A DNA stretch of 63,542 nt, the filler included, from Pelomyxa schiedti (taxonomy: Eukaryota; Protista; Evosea), in NCBI GenBank assembly GCA_020536535.1. It is 14 parts of 14 records of this genome, joined end to end, with 100 filler letters (N's around TTAATTAATTAA, not from the genome) between each part and the next. Parts side by side here need not be neighbours in the genome. Positions count along the whole stretch, not along the records: positions 26,013 to 53,322 come from JAHLWZ010001032.1; positions 53,423 to 56,139 come from JAHLWZ010001915.1; positions 56,240 to 60,867 come from JAHLWZ010001574.1; 11 more parts are not named here. One strand, written 5' to 3'. Position 1 is the stretch's first letter, and every line of letters begins with the position of its first letter. Under the pieces are notes generated by a model. That model had not been told where the DNA came from, made no database searches, and saw nothing but the letters and a program-made list of their open reading frames with translations. Positions 47,875 through 59,200 of this stretch are shown here, one piece after another. Position numbers and translations under genes: made by a program.

Positions 47875-49125
47875 CTAGTACTCGTCCGCCGCTGCCAGCA
47901 CCAATGACTTAGTAGAGGGCAGGAGCAAGAAGTTGGAATCTGGGTTATTGGGGAGGAACGGTTGGCGCAACAACCAAGTGCCAGTGACTGCATCAACGAT
48001 GTCAAAGTACCCCTCCTCTTGCTGGGTAAATACAATGAAGCCATTCCCACACTGGAAGTGACCATTGAGTGGGAAGACGCGCACAGGTGTCTCAAAGTCA
48101 TCAGTTGAAAAAACACTGAGGGTCTTGTTGGGTCTGTCTGCTTCCGCAAAGTGTGTACAATCCACTTTGTGGAGAACACACTTGTCTGGACAAGTGTGCA
48201 ACACTTTGAGTGGACGAAGTGACCTCAGCTCCAGAAGGTAGCCACCACCATCCTTGCTCTTTTTGCTCTTATTTCTCCCGCACATTGCCACAATCAACTT
48301 GTGCTGTTTGGAAGTGAAGACCATTTCTTCGAAGCCCTTGGACCCATTGAACGAGTCTGCCACCACAAGTTGGCCTGACCCATAGGTCTTTGCCAAGTCT
48401 ACACACAGCACCTGGAAGTTCCCAGAGGGAGTTCTCGTCACCAGCACCACTTGGTCGTCGATAATGTCCAGCCACTGGGTTTGTCCTTCGACGGTCACCA
48501 CCACTTTGCTGTGCACCCATCCACTCAGCGCAGGTGGTTGCAATTCCAGCACCGGCCACACTGCAATTCTCCCACCATGTACTGCCGGGTACATGACGAC
48601 CCAGTTCCTGCTTCTGTGCACCCTCGGGAACCGCCAGACATCGTCGCCACCGATCACCTCCTCCTCCACAACACGCACCTCCGCGAGGTCAACCAGTTCC
48701 GCCACGTGCTTGTTGGTGTGCACAGCACAGCCGCCGCCGATCCACATGTACGGCAGCCGGACGTCGTCTGCGTTGTGGCGCCATCCACACAAGTCCACAA
48801 CACCAAGCGTGGGCGAGATGCCGACGACGACGATCTGCATCCGGCTGTAAACATGGCCACTGGAGGTCACATAGACGCAGCCAGGGATCATGTGCTCTGC
48901 ACCCATGACAAGCACCCTGCCCACATGCGTGACGAACCTCTGGCCGACGTCGCACGCGAGCACGTGGTGGGGCACGAGCGATGCGGGGCTGCGGGCGCCG
49001 CAGCGGGGCACCGCGAGGCAGGCGAGCAGGGCGGCGAGCTGGTCGCGGGCCCACAGGGCGTGCTGGGGGGCGGGCAGCGCCCCACGCACTGCGAAAGGGG
49101 TATTGACGGGCTGTTCTGTATTCAT
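47875..49125 (-). CDS. Array family member (likely ATG 49125)
   Basis: Complete motif set, and highly similar to the 42440, 51864 and 34857/35703 copies. Confidence 0.9.
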   Translation of the reverse strand: MNTEQPVNTPFAVRGALPAPQHALWARDQLAALLACLAVPRCGARSPASLVPHHVLACDVGQRFVTHVGRVLVMGAEHMIPGCVYVTSSGHVYSRMQIVVVGISPTLGVVDLCGWRHNADDVRLPYMWIGGGCAVHTNKHVAELVDLAEVRVVEEEVIGGDDVWRFPRVHRSRNWVVMYPAVHGGRIAVWPVLELQPPALSGWVHSKVVVTVEGQTQWLDIIDDQVVLVTRTPSGNFQVLCVDLAKTYGSGQLVVADSFNGSKGFEEMVFTSKQHKLIVAMCGRNKSKKSKDGGGYLLELRSLRPLKVLHTCPDKCVLHKVDCTHFAEADRPNKTLSVFSTDDFETPVRVFPLNGHFQCGNGFIVFTQQEEGYFDIVDAVTGTWLLRQPFLPNNPDSNFLLLPSTKSLVLAAADEY

Positions 49126-49324
49126 ATAAATATCATGATAAATAATATTTCCTGATTGATAACACTGTCGCTGTACCATTCCCCAATACATGTTAATTAT
49201 TGTATACATTAACCATGTCCACCCACTCGATGCACACCACTCCTCGTCCTAGATCCACAGCTCTGTTCACTCCATCGCGTTAGCCCAAGTTAGGCACAGT
49301 TTTGGGTGCAGTTTGGGTGGTGTG

Positions 49325-50653
49325 TTACTTCTTACAAAACAAGGTTGACTTACTATGGCAATGGCAACGGCAACGACGTGCGATGTGTGCTTTTGTCTTC
49401 ATGAGGTGTGGAGGGAAAGTGGTATCATTCTCTGTAACAGAGAGCCAGCAGAATAAGAAGTGGGAGCATGAGGGAAAAGGGGTTGACGCAACAGCCACTG
49501 CATCAATGAGGTCAATGTGCATGCCCACAGCGTCCTGAATCACAACAAACCCGTTTCCACAGTGCATGCCGGTCAGAAGGGGAAACACACGCACAGGGCA
49601 GTCAAATTCATCAGTTGAGAACACACTCAGTGTGTGCTGATGCGTGTCCTCCACTGAAAAGTGTGTACCATCGATCTTGTGCACAGGGTGGTCATAGCAG
49701 TGCAACATTTTGAGTGGCCTCACAGACAGCAGGCGCCATGGAGGTGGTCTCCTCCAGAGGGGGAACATTGAGCCAATCTGTTGCAACATTTGGTTCTTGC
49801 TTCTCTTGTAAAGTGACACGATCACCTTGTGCTGTTTGGAGTGGAACACCACGCTGCGGAGTCCAACAGATTCCCAGTGAGTTTCAGTGACAGCAAGCAC
49901 ACCAGTGTCATAGGTGTTCTGCAGGTCAATGCACAAGATTTCGCGGTCCTTGCCGGCTCCCCCTCTCACTGTCAATAGCGCTGCCGTGTCGTCATCAACC
50001 ATGTCCACCGGGCCCGCCAGGAATCTCCCAACATCCACCACCTTCCAGCCTCCAATCCTCCTCCCATTCTCGTCACTCAGTGGTTGGGCTGGTGGTGATG
50101 ATGATGGCCGTATCACCACGTGCTTGTGCTGGTGCACCGTGAACAACACCACCCACTTCCTGGCCTTGCACACCTTGAAATTCGAAACATCAGCCCCAAC
50201 GTCCTCCTCAACCAAACTCATCCTCCTGAAGTCAGCAGTCACCACCACGCTCCTCTTGCCCCAAAGCCTAGAAAATGCAGCACAACCGTTTCCCACCCAC
50301 CCCAAATCAGGAGCCGGCAACAGTGTCCCACGCCCCCACAATTCGACAACACCAAGAGTGTGTGACACCCCAATGAACAACAGTCGATTTTGCGCGGCGG
50401 GGTGGGGACTGGGGAACGAGGCCAGGTTGCCGCCGTGAATGACGATCCTCCTGTCGACGCGCATGACCCACTGGCGGCCGATCTCGTCTGCTATTATGGG
50501 ATGAGGCACCGCGGACGCCGGGCTGCGCGCGCCGCAGCGCGGCACCGTGACGCAGGCGAGCAGGGCGCTGATTTGGTCGCGCGCACGCGCGATGTGGGTT
50601 GGTGGGGCGAGTACGCAGCGAACAGCAAAGGGCCCTTGTGGTTGTGGTTGCAT
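49325..50653 (-). CDS. Array family member, 442 aa
   Basis: ARARDQISALLACVTVPRCGARSPA..SHTLGVV..HFSVED..TLSVFSTDEF..IDAV. Confidence 0.85.
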   Translation of the reverse strand: MQPQPQGPFAVRCVLAPPTHIARARDQISALLACVTVPRCGARSPASAVPHPIIADEIGRQWVMRVDRRIVIHGGNLASFPSPHPAAQNRLLFIGVSHTLGVVELWGRGTLLPAPDLGWVGNGCAAFSRLWGKRSVVVTADFRRMSLVEEDVGADVSNFKVCKARKWVVLFTVHQHKHVVIRPSSSPPAQPLSDENGRRIGGWKVVDVGRFLAGPVDMVDDDTAALLTVRGGAGKDREILCIDLQNTYDTGVLAVTETHWESVGLRSVVFHSKQHKVIVSLYKRSKNQMLQQIGSMFPLWRRPPPWRLLSVRPLKMLHCYDHPVHKIDGTHFSVEDTHQHTLSVFSTDEFDCPVRVFPLLTGMHCGNGFVVIQDAVGMHIDLIDAVAVASTPFPSCSHFLFCWLSVTENDTTFPPHLMKTKAHIARRCRCHCHSKSTLFCKK

Positions 50654-50859
50654 GTACCGCTCCTCCTACTACTTGTCGTTGGTGGTTGTTGTTTTTATGC
50701 ATCTTGGTGATATTTATTGGCTGCTGACCACAACTCGCCATCATCAAAAGTTGATCAGGTAATCAGACACCAGTGCATCCTTGAAAATACTGTTCCTATC
50801 CCTCCCAGAAATTAGGAGTGGCAACGGAAAAACCCTGGGGCTGTTTGCTTGTGGTTCGG

Positions 50860-51005
50860 AAATCAACGAATCCTCAGACGGAGACGGACTCATTGTGCTC
50901 TGGGATGACCTTGATGTCTTCGACGCAGTCACTGGCACTTGGCTAACCACCGCCCAATCCACAAGCTGTCACTTCGCGCCTTGTGATGGTGATGTTTTCT
51001 TCGCT
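50860..51005 (+). pseudogene. Collapsed remnant of the 45682-46774 gene
   Basis: The upstream sequence GAAATCAACGAATCCT joins almost directly to sequence matching 46657-46800. Confidence 0.83.
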
Positions 51006-51059
51006 CAGCGATTGTTGTACAGGCCACAAAAATTCGAGCTGCTGTCGCAACAACACCCC

Positions 51060-51784
51060 CAAAAAATCCACCCACGTCGTCGCGGCCCAAATCGCTGCGC
51101 TGACACTGAGGGTCTTGTTGATTCTGTGCGCGAATGGGCGTCATTGATGTTTTGGGCATTGGGGGCAGGTCGAACATCGAAGTTTTTGACCCTGTGGGGA
51201 TGACTTTTGCTGAGGAGGAGGTGGTTGGCCTTGGCAAACACAATGGGTACATATGGATTTGCAGGGGGACCAAGTGGGCTGTTCTTTACAAAATGTTTGA
51301 TGATGTGGGGAGGGTGGAGGTTCGGCCACTTGGATTCACCTGCAACGCATGGTTTTCCACTCTAAATGGCACAAGTTGATTGTTCCAATGATTGAGAGAA
51401 GGAACAAGAGCCACGATGTTTGAGCTTAGATCGCTCCGTCCACTTAAAGGGTTGCACACTTGTTCAGACCTGCTGTTCCACAAGGTGGATAACACACACT
51501 TTGCAGAAGAGGACAGGTCCAGCAACACGCTGAGTGTGTTCTCAACTGATGACTTTGAGACACCTCTGTGCATCTTCGCAATAAATGGTAAGTTCAAGTG
51601 TGGGAATGGCTTCATTGCATTGGTGCAACAAGAGGAAGGATGCGTTGACCTTGTTGACGCAGTGACTGGCACTTGGCTGTTGCGCCAGCCATTCCTCTGT
51701 ATGCTTCTGTGTATGTTGCGTTTGCTAATGTGGGGATACTCACTCAATAACAGAAGACAGAAAGAGATGTGTTTCTTGTTGTAA
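51060..51784 (+). pseudogene. Fragmented array family member
   Basis: Remnants WICRGTKWAVLY and FELRSLRP..VDAVTGTWLLRQP lie in different frames, with the N-motif and middle deleted. Confidence 0.8.
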
Positions 51785-51863
51785 CACAGGAAACTGGTGT
51801 TTCTTGTATTTTACCCCAAGTCCCGATGCCAGCGCCATGCAAAGTAAGAAGAAACATGATGAC

Positions 51864-53075
51864 TTATGTGTGCAGGCACAAGAAGTTGAAATCTGGGTTA
51901 TTGGGGAGGAACGGTTGGCGCAACAACCAAGTGCCAGTGACTGCATCAACGATGTCAAAGTACCCCTCATCTTGTATCAATGCAATGAAGCCATTCCCAC
52001 ACTCGAACTTACCATTGAGTGGGAAGATGCGCGCAGGTGTCTCAAAGTCATCAGTTGAATAAACACTGAGGGTCTTGTTGATTCCGTCTGCTTCCGCAAA
52101 GTGTGTACCATCCACTTTGCGGAGAAAGCACTTGTCTGGACAAGTGTGCAACACTTTGAGTGGACGAAGTGACCTCAGCTCCAGAGCACGACAAGGCTGG
52201 ATCCCACCCTCACTCTTCTTTCTCTTTCTTCCCCCACGCATTGCCACAATCAACTTGTACTCTTTGGAAGTGAAGACCATGTCCTCGAGGCCCTTGTACC
52301 CATGGAACGAGTCTGCTACCACAAGTTGGCCCGACTCATAGCTCTTTTCCAAGTCTACACACAGCACCTGGCAGTTTCCAGAGGGATTTCTCGTCACCAG
52401 CACCACTTGGTCGTCGATAATGTCCACCCACTGGGTTCGTCCTTCGACAGTCACCACCACTTTGCTGTGCACCCATCCACTCAGCGCATGTGGTTGCAAT
52501 TCCAGCAATGGCCACACTGCAATTCTCCCACCATACACCTGCGGGTACATGACGACCCAGTTCCTGCTTCTGTGCACCCCCGGGAACCGCCAGACATCAT
52601 CGCCGATCACCTCCTCCTCCACAACACGCATCTCTGCGAGGTCAACCAGTTCCGCCACGTTCCTCCTGGTGTGCACAGCACAGCCGCCGCCGATCCACAT
52701 GTGCGGCAGCACGAGGTAGTCCGCATTGCGGCACCATCCAGACACGTCCACAACGCCAAGCGTGGGCGAGATGCCGACGACGAGGATCTGCACCCCGCTG
52801 GCGGTCGCGTAGACGCAGCCAGGGATCATGCGCTCCATGACGAGCACCGTGCCCACGTGCGTGACGAACCTCGCGCCGATGTCGCTGGCGAGCACGTGGT
52901 GGGGCACGAGGGAGGCTGGGCTGCGGGCGCCGCAGCGGGGCACCGCGAGGCAGGCGAGCAGGGCGGCGAGCTGGTCGCGGGCCCACAGGGCGTGCTGGGG
53001 GGCGGGCAGCTCCCCACGCACTGCGAAAGGGGTATTGACGGGCTGTCGTTGTTTCTGTCGCTGTTCCGCACTCAT
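51864..53075 (-). CDS. Array family member, 403 aa
   Basis: Complete motif set. Confidence 0.9.
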   Translation of the reverse strand: MSAEQRQKQRQPVNTPFAVRGELPAPQHALWARDQLAALLACLAVPRCGARSPASLVPHHVLASDIGARFVTHVGTVLVMERMIPGCVYATASGVQILVVGISPTLGVVDVSGWCRNADYLVLPHMWIGGGCAVHTRRNVAELVDLAEMRVVEEEVIGDDVWRFPGVHRSRNWVVMYPQVYGGRIAVWPLLELQPHALSGWVHSKVVVTVEGRTQWVDIIDDQVVLVTRNPSGNCQVLCVDLEKSYESGQLVVADSFHGYKGLEDMVFTSKEYKLIVAMRGGRKRKKSEGGIQPCRALELRSLRPLKVLHTCPDKCFLRKVDGTHFAEADGINKTLSVYSTDDFETPARIFPLNGKFECGNGFIALIQDEGYFDIVDAVTGTWLLRQPFLPNNPDFNFLCLHT

Positions 53076-53422
53076 TATTTATTTCGTTGGTTGTTGTTTG
53101 TATGCACTGGCTGAACCCAGCATACTCAAAAGTCTTGGGACTGCCCAAGTGTGCACACTTTTTATCGGGTTTATTAGTTTTCTCAGTCCAGAGACGAGGA
53201 TCTGAGACGGAAAAAAAAGGCGTTTTCTACAAGACCATCGGCCACGGGGTGCAACCGTTTGCAGGACTCAGCGTGGGCTGGATGCTGAGAACAGCCAAAA
53301 ACCTAATTTTTTTTCCTTTTCGNNNNNNNNNNNNNNNNNNNNNNNNNNNNNNNNNNNNNNNNNNNNTTAATTAATTAANNNNNNNNNNNNNNNNNNNNNN
53401 NNNNNNNNNNNNNNNNNNNNNN

Positions 53423-56134
53423 CATGCAAACTGGAAACCCTCGTGAGTGATGCTCCCAATCCTGATGTTGCTTGGTGTCTTGGGAACTGTGCATTGTGTG
53501 CAGTTTTGTGTTTGTTGTTTGTTGGGTTGAGACATGAGAAAGGTAAATACTGGGGGGGGGGGTGGGGGTGGGAATACAAACACACACCATTGAAAGCTGA
53601 AAATCGAATGGGGAGGGTGTTGATTGGCTTGTTTCCACAAAGGATGTTCATCATAAATGTTCCCTCCTTCTTGGGAACAACATTCACCTTCCACTTCTTC
53701 ATCACTTCTTCTTTAAATGTGTCCTCAATAGAGCAACAACAACTCACTTCACATCCACCACATGTTGTTGGTTTTGAAGTTCCTCCTTCAGATTCATGAT
53801 CTTCCCAGACCTTGGCTGTGATTATCTCTGGCAACACCTGCATTTGCCGTTGTTGTTGTTGTTGGTTTGGACTGATGGTTGTGCCAGTGTCTGATGGGTG
53901 GTGTGGAGAAACAGGTGCAAATGAACTTGCAGGGGGAGTGTTCCTGATGGCTTTTGGATGAAGCAGTGACACTGAAAACGAAAGTGGAGTGTTCATTCTG
54001 GTGGATGCGACAACATTCAAATCCCCCTTGTTGTCATTGTGGTGAGTGCCCTCTTCTTTTTTGTTTGCTTGCAGAAGTGACCTTGTGGGTGAGTCAATCT
54101 CGTCCAGCTGCCAACTGAAGTCATTCTTGGAGACTGGGAGTGGGAAAAGAAAAATGGTAGTCAGTGACTGTCGAGAGATGATGGTCAAACCTGAAAGGAC
54201 ATCACCAAAATGACTGCAAAGAACAAGTAGATCATCAACAAAGGAGGGAACAAACTGCACACAAGGAACCAAGCAAGGTTCACCAAGCACAATTGGAGCA
54301 TCAATGGCACAACGAGCCTGTGACTTGAGCCTTGGGAACACCCTCACAACCTTGTGGTTGTCTGTTGTTGTGGAATTTGTTCCAATCTCAATCACCCTCT
54401 CAATTATCTCCTGTTCTTTCTCAATTGTCTGAAGGTGGCACTCCAACAGTTCTTTCTGCCTTGAAAGTTCTTTCCCTGTGGTTGTTTTGAGCGAGGTGAT
54501 GATAAATTCACTCAACAAACACACCTTTTGAGAGAGATTCCAGAGTGATTTGATTGATGAGTTGCTCTGATTTCTTCATGATCAGTTTGACTGCTTTCTC
54601 TTGTGTGCTGACCACTTCTGATATTGCTTGTTTGGTACTCTCGTGGTTGTGAGAGGGTGACAAAGAAAAAGGGGGTGAATGAGGAACAGAATTTACCACA
54701 GAGAGGATAACTTCAGACCTCTGGACTGTGTCAATTGTGGATTTCACATAGCGTTCTTTTGAGGCCAGTTCCTCTGAGAGTGACTTCAGCTCTTTCACCT
54801 TTTCAAGTGCAGCCTCTTCAATTGGTTTGTTCTTGTGTTGCAAATCACTTTGTTTGTGCCTGTGTTCACCTGAGGGTGTGTTTTGTTTGTTGTCCGTTGA
54901 GAAGGGAAGAGACACGAATACCGTCAATCAAACACTCCAGGCACGCAGGTTCTTGGCATTCAATGCAGAATCGTTTCAGTGGTTCGTGGTGGGTCAAGCA
55001 CACATCTCTGTCCTTCACCATCGTCAATCGTGTAACTTGTGTGGGCAATGTGCAACCAGCCTCAGAGTTGAGGGAAGAAGGTGAAGTGCTTTCAGTCATT
55101 TTTACCAAATCAGCTGGCACACTGAATTTCTTCAGGTGCCTCTTTTTTGAAACACCAATGCAGTCCTTTTCATCACACACAAGCCACTGTTTTGTCTGCT
55201 GTTGTTGGGGATGATGACGAGTGCATTTGCACTGCCACACTGCAGAATCATCTTTACATACACCGCACTTGGCTGCAGCCCTTTCATGGATTGCAGTTAC
55301 TTCCTGCTGCATAGATTCATCTGACTGGCATGACATATTTGAGGATGGAGAAAAAAAGGGGGGGAAAATTGAAAATTAGTGTAATTGGTTACCTTCCAGC
55401 AGGAAAAGGAGGACCGAGGAGCATCGGGTGTTGACACATCATCCATGTCTTGTATTCTCGTTTCAGCCCCACATGCAGGGCACTTCACACAGACGATGCA
55501 AGCTTCACCACCACAACCACCGCCACTCTTTGTACAACAATCATCAGCGGCCGTCGTCGTGTCTTTGGCATCTCTCTCCTTTTTTTCCCCAGTGTCAGTC
55601 AGTCAGTATCAAGAAATGTGATTATACATTCATCCAGGGGAAAAAAGTGTGAGAGAAGAGAGAGAGAAGAGAGAGGGGTGTTGTACACACGATGTTTTGT
55701 TTCCCATCACCAGCAGACTGAGACACAACATCGTCGTTGAGCAGCAAGGCACCGGGGGGAGCACGGGACCACGCCCTCGCGTGGGCCCACACCCTCTCCC
55801 CGTCCCGCCGGCACACGCTGCGCCCACAACAACGTCCACAGCCCCCACCACTCCCCGCTGACCGCAGCGAAGAAGGTGTCGTCGACAAAGACGACGGCGG
55901 CGGCGGCGGCGGCGGCGGCGAGGTTGGGGGAGCGAGAACCACGGGGTCGTCGAGCACGCACAGGCACACCGGGCACTCAACGTCCGCGTGCCACCCCGTC
56001 ACCCCCGATCTGTCACCAACAACAGTAAAAACAACCTCAACTGTTGGTGTTTCTTGTTGCTGCTGTTGGGAAGGCGTCGATGAGATGTTGTTTTCGTCGC
56101 GCTGGTCGTTGTTGATGTTGTTTCCTCCTTGCAT
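53423..56134 (-). CDS. TRIM-like protein: atypical RING, two B-boxes, coiled coil, filamin-like Ig domain, start of FN3; 3' truncated
   Basis: RING CPVC..CGRSVCRRD..CPAC. B-box1 CGVC..CKC..CDEKDC..H. B-box2 CLTHHEPLKRFCIECQEPACLECL..H. E/K-rich coil, then WKVNVVPKKEGTFMMNILCGNKPI (filamin-like) and VPKTPSNIRIGSITH. Confidence 0.8.
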
Positions 56135-56239
56135 GGTTTNNNNNNNNNNNNNNNNNNNNNNNNNNNNNNNNNNNNNNNNNNNNTTAATTAATTAANNNNN
56201 NNNNNNNNNNNNNNNNNNNNNNNNNNNNNNNNNNNNNNN

Positions 56240-59200
56240 TGAAGATGTAGTGGCGGAGCTGGGGCATTGGGTTTGGGACCATTGTGCATTGCCACCGTGG
56301 ATAGCATCAAGCAATGCTTTCTCTGCCACAGAGAGACAATCTGGGTGCCGTGGAAAAGGGAGAGGTTTGGGTGAGCCTAATCACATTTTGCCACCCACAG
56401 TTTCAAAGCTTACCGGCGGCACCGCCAGTAAGATGAACCGGGGATCACACACACAAAAAAATAAAAGTGACAGGTAAATTGCCAAAGTGCTTTACCGGCG
56501 GCACCACCAACTTACTGGTTGGTTGTTATTGGTTGTGAATTTGGCACCAGTTAATCAAAATGCACAGGGAAAACGTACCTCCAGTATGACACTGAGAGAT
56601 GCCATCATACACACCCTTGATGTTGGTCACTGTGAGCACGATGGGCACTTTACCTTTATCTTGCCAGATCTGAGGGCTGATTCCCTCGAGGCACCAACTG
56701 CCCTGATGGAGTTTATCCCAGACAGCCGGGTCGTTACACCACCCCACATGCAGAATGTCCCTCTCCCGATCTTTGATTCTGCCCACATCCAGATCTCTGA
56801 CAAAATGGAGAAAAACGGTGGTGTTTTAGCAATACTGGGGGGCAGTATGGCGAGTGAGGCACTGTGTTGTGTGTCTATGCCACCCACAGATGAGCTGTGT
56901 GGAATTGTGTGACAGCTTTTACTCCTGCTGAAATTGAGCAACACTGAGTGAAACTACACTCCAAAATAAAAGCTGATCAAGATACATACGCATATGGCGG
57001 AAAAACTGCAAAAGATCCATCCACATGTACATGTTCAAAGGTGTTTCCGTTATCCCCTCACTCTCATTTCCATTACGATCTCTATTTTCAATTTCACTTC
57101 GTTTTTACACCAGTCAACACAGGGAGGACTGTGTGCTGAGCACATTTTGCTTTTTTTTATGGAATTGTACATGAGCGCCTTACCAATCTCCATGCATACA
57201 CAGACGGTCCAGGTAGAGAGAGGGGGAGGGCAGATTCTCTGGAACATCGAATTTTTTGTCCAAATTTGTTAACTTTGGGAATAGAGGGGCTCTTGATCTC
57301 CGATGTTCCAGAGAATATGCAAAGCAGAGGAGTGCTATAGAGTGGATAACTTCCTGTGTTATTGAGTCTCATCTATGTGAACCATTGTTCTTTCCCATGG
57401 TTGGGGAAAGGGCTGTGGATCGGGATGGTAACCAAAGGCTTACTTCTTACTTGCCTCTGAGACTCTGTCTGATTTATATCTCATAAACTTAAGAGACACA
57501 AGTTCACTTTTTACGGAAAGTCAGAAAATGGTCGTCTGATACGCGGCAAGACGGTTTTTTCCCACCTTCAGGGCTGTTGATGTCCGTTCACGAAAATCCA
57601 AAAACCAAAGTCGCGAAAACAATGACACCGCGATTCCCGATGACGGTGGTGCACACCGGGGGACACTCAGGTACGAATGTGTTTGGGAGTGTCCTCCCTT
57701 GGTGTTGGCACCCGTTGTTGTTGTGCTGCACCACAAAACAACAAAAACGAAAAAAAAAACACAACACACACAACGGTCCACAAAAAACGACCAACACGCG
57801 TCATCACCACCATGACTACAACTGACACGCACCACAAACACATAAAAATAGCTTGGTCGACACCCCAAGGTCATTACCGACTCAGGGATGACAACAGGGC
57901 TGGGAACACCGACACAACACCACTCAACAACACCCAGGCAACACAGTGGCGCCACACAAATCAAAAACTGTTGTGTGTCCCAACACCATCCCCCTCGGAA
58001 TCTTTCCCTTCGGACACGGCTAGCGTGCTTTGTCCCTCGGAAATCGTTTGAAACAGCGTGTCTGACAGGACTGCCGTGTCAGATGTGGGTAGAAAGTCCG
58101 ACACGTATGCTCAGAAAAGACATCAGCCGTGTCCGATTCTGGAACAGCTTCCGAGAAAGTACGTTTGCCGCGGTACCGATCAGGAAATTTCCTTGTTCCC
58201 AAACTAATTCCGAGTGCCGAAACTGCAGATCGGGGGATTTCCGTGTCGTGGAACCATCAAAGTGACATCAAATCTTTGGGTTTGGTTTTTGCGTGGTGTT
58301 GCTCTCCGATGCGGTGCATCATCATCATGCACCCCAAAAAAATGCTTGGTTGTTGTTTTGAATCGTTTTTCTTTCATTTTTGTGGGTGTTGGTCCACTCA
58401 ACAACCAATGTGTCATTTTCCCCCAAAAAATTCTACGTCTCCTTGGACTTGGGTATTTTTTTGTTGTACTTTGCGTGTAGACGGGAAATGGCCTCGTTTC
58501 AACCACAAGGCACCCTTTTTTTCTTGGGAGGTCATTCGTTTTTTTTTTCACCCACAACACACCACCGACAAGCAACCAACGTTGTAGAACGTCGTTGTGG
58601 TGTTCTCTCGCGAATTTGATGTGTGCTGATCGTGCAGGGCCTCAATGACCATTGAAACACACTTTGCGGTTTTTTCCGATCGATCTACAATCGGTAGATT
58701 TGGCAATTTCTCACTGTGGAGCCGCGTCCGTCCGACCATTTTAGGGTTACCGGAAATATCAGAACTTGTGTCTCTTAAGTTTATGAGATATTGTTACTTT
58801 GTGTGATCTTATACACCAGAGTTCTGCACAGTATCCTCTGGAACAGTTCCAACTTGCAAAAAAGAAAGCTAGTATGGAGAAATTTACACTTCCTGAAAGA
58901 GTGAAGTGGACTGAGCAGTGGCATTTTTATGATTCCCATGCAAACCCAAATGCAAGAAAACACCAGGAGATCTCTGTCAATCTACCTCAATCTGTGCATT
59001 CCATTGCTAATCCCGAGTTTGGACTCCAACCAATGTCTCAACAGCCTCTGGATCCATGGCACACAGAACTCCATTTACATCCTATTTATTCATCTGCACA
59101 GTGTCATCCTCCTGCTCTTCCTCCTGTGCTTCCTCCTGCACATCCTCCTGCGCTTCCTCCTGTGCTTCCTCCTGCTCCTCCCCCTCCTCCTCCACAATCA

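Noticed and set aside
26686-53075. CRISPR-like or diversity-generating-retroelement array
   Set aside because: The repeats are paralogous coding sequences. There is no repeat-spacer periodicity, no cas gene and no reverse transcriptase.
58741-58749. TTAGGGTTA as a telomeric repeat
   Set aside because: It is only one and a half units, inside the transposon, with no array.
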